64,000 bases of DNA from the NCBI GenBank assembly GCA_047967505.1, contig CM106538.1; one strand, given 5' to 3'. The notes beneath the pieces were generated by a model that worked only from the letters and a program-made list of their open reading frames with translations, did not search any database and had not been told where the DNA came from. The stretch comes from Dipteris shenzhenensis (lineage: Eukaryota). The translations under genes were made by a program, and so were the position numbers. Of the stretch, positions 61,861-64,000 are shown in pieces (the first letter of the stretch is position 1; each line of letters begins with the position of its first letter).

Positions 61861-62788
61861 TAAGTAAGTAGAAGGTGCATGCACAAGATCTTTTTTGGGA
61901 TTTCATTTGGTGCTTATTATAGAAATCAAATTAAGAATGAAAACTGAAGAAATTACAATAGTATGTGCATGTGCAAACACAATGACTATGTAATGGAAGT
62001 CTATATAATGAGTATAAATTAGTAGATTCTACACATGAATGTGCATTTCCTCCTCGTAAGTTCTAGATCATCTTTCACCTTTGGGAACAAAACTACATCT
62101 GGACCTTCCTACACATGTATGCAAGTTAAAAAAGGCACTATACATATATATATATATATATATGGCAGATGCACATGTTACAAATTGATACTCACCCATT
62201 CAGAGTTCAAACCACCACAAGATAAATCTTTATATAATGATAATTGATCATCTTTTCTTCCATAGTATAATTCTGATCTGTGAAGAATAAGGACTGAATT
62301 TAGCAGGGTCGACGATTTTTATTCAGCTAAAATGAGATAGAAACCATAATACAATTATTTAGGACCTTGACCTGCTCTGTATTCCAATGAAATTGAAAGT
62401 AGTTCTGAAAGAACACATATGACATGATGTTACAGCATAAACAAATTGGGACCCAGCAGAATATTCAGCTCCAAGCTTGAAGCCTGTTTTTCCTTCTTTT
62501 CCTTGTTATGCTACAGGAATTATCCATCTGTGTAATCAATAAGAATACTCTGATGTAATAAAACATATTGATCACAAGATACTTACAATACTCAGGACAT
62601 CCACTGTCAGGAAAATTTCCAGATCAAAACAACTCGAATTCTAGAGCAGATTCCCTTTCAAATACAACATGCTGATACTATGAAGCTTGAAAGTTGAAGT
62701 GTGATAGCATCACTATAATACATGCAAAGATCTCACGTCTGTATGTTTGAGTGCACATGTGTATCTCTGCGTCCATAGATGTGATAAC

Positions 62789-63490
62789 TTAACCAGTTGA
62801 CCAATCAGAATCATATCCAAGACACTGAGGAGCAGTTTGTAGTATAACTTTTGGGCTTTGTGCGAACACTAATTTATTGGTAGTGCCTATTACTGCCTTT
62901 TCCTCAAAGGACACAGGCTCTAGATTTTCCTTTCCAATTCCATTTTCAGCCTCAGAATTAATTTTTGACAAATTTTCCATCTCAAGATAATCAGACTTCT
63001 TTAGAAATGGAACTTCATCACACAAATTAACTCTTTCTTCTTTGTTATATTCCTTGACCATGCATGGAGATTGAGCCCTTGACTTGATCTGTGCCACTCG
63101 GTTTTGTGCTCTTCCTTCCTGAATCTCTTTGCTTACGTGGTCAAACATGTTTAAAAACTGGTGCACAGTTCTAAACAGATCCATTTGCCTCTGTTGTTCA
63201 CCATTTTCTCCAAAAAATGCACAGACATCAATGAGACTTCTGAGAGCCTTTTTAAGCAAATCTTTGAGATTGACTAAATTCAGTGAGCACTGATCACAGA
63301 AAGGAAGAACTAAATCGAGAAATCGAGCTGTGAAGGAGGACGAGTCACTTGAATCACTTCTTGCATGTTGAATTTCTAATTTGACCATTTCCAAACCACG
63401 ATTCAAATCTGTGATACTTGCATTGATATTTTCCATCTTTAAGGCTGAAGCAGGTTTGATATCCCTTAGCTCATCTGGGAGATTAAGAAT
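62789..63490 (-). CDS. Formin (FH2 C-terminus plus tail), last coding exon
   Basis: CAG|ILNLPDEL..FFGE..LFRTVHQFLNMF..stop; phase 0 with the previous exon. Confidence 0.88.
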   Translation of the reverse strand: MLNLPDELRDIKPASALKMENINASITDLNRGLEMVKLEIQHARSDSSDSSSFTARFLDLVLPFCDQCSLNLVNLKDLLKKALRSLIDVCAFFGENGEQQRQMDLFRTVHQFLNMFDHVSKEIQEGRAQNRVAQIKSRAQSPCMVKEYNKEERVNLCDEVPFLKKSDYLEMENLSKINSEAENGIGKENLEPVSFEEKAVIGTTNKLVFAQSPKVILQTAPQCLGYDSDWSTG

Positions 63491-63604
63491 CTGCATGTTT
63501 GAAAGGTATGTCAATCCCACTCAAAAATAGAGGAATATGTAACAACTGCAGCTATAACTGCTTTATAGGAAATCTCGAAGAAAGACCTCAAAAGGGTTTC
63601 ATAC

Positions 63605-63847
63605 CTGGTCGTCGACCTTGATGAGCTCTGCCACAACAAAATGCAAAAGTGTCGTCTGTTTGTTACTTCCCTTAATATCCATCAACTTTAGCAATGCATC
63701 CAGCTTGAAACCTTTTGCATCCCCTCTGCTACTGTCACCATTGAGGTAGTTTCCAACAGCTAAAACAGCCTCTAGTAGTTTAACAAAATGTCTACTGCAT
63801 TTGAGTTGATCACATGCATGTTGTAGCAGCAGCAAATCTTGCTCTAC
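63605..63847 (-). CDS. Formin FH2 exon
   Basis: 243 bp, bounded by AG/GT; encodes [32 protein letters not shown]. Confidence 0.93.
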
Positions 63848-64000
63848 CTAGAAAAAGATAAGAGCAGGTTGGAGAGTAGTGTCACTAGCTGTAACTGTGT
63901 TGGATCTTATGGAAGTGTCTTGAATGAGTTCATAACACGATTTAAAATGTTTCTGCACACGCACACAAATTTTGTTAATCAGATATGAACTTCAGACACA

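Overview
Eukaryotic land-plant genomic DNA; the gene structure and transposon types suggest a non-seed plant such as a fern (inference). Bases 1-~33,300 are a nested retrotransposon pile. An old Ty1/copia (D) is interrupted by a near full-length L1-type LINE. That LINE is in turn split by a second copia family (A, running off the window), two sister copia elements in convergent orientation (E1 and E2, both with TSDs) and a Ty3/gypsy chromovirus (with TSD). The pile lies upstream of the last three exons of a WDR89/GTS1-like WD40 gene and probably fills one intron of >34.8 kb. Bases ~36-62 kb are old intergenic DNA: a decayed LINE, low-complexity tracts, degenerate tandem repeats and a Sola-like DDD transposase relic. 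The window ends in the last two exons of a formin gene (minus strand). The most notable signal is dense single-motif clusters in transposon leaders/LTRs: GTAC/GTACGG (SBP/SPL-type) in several copia elements, paired W-boxes in an LTR-like fragment, and TGACG in the gypsy leader. All counts and alignments were done by eye.
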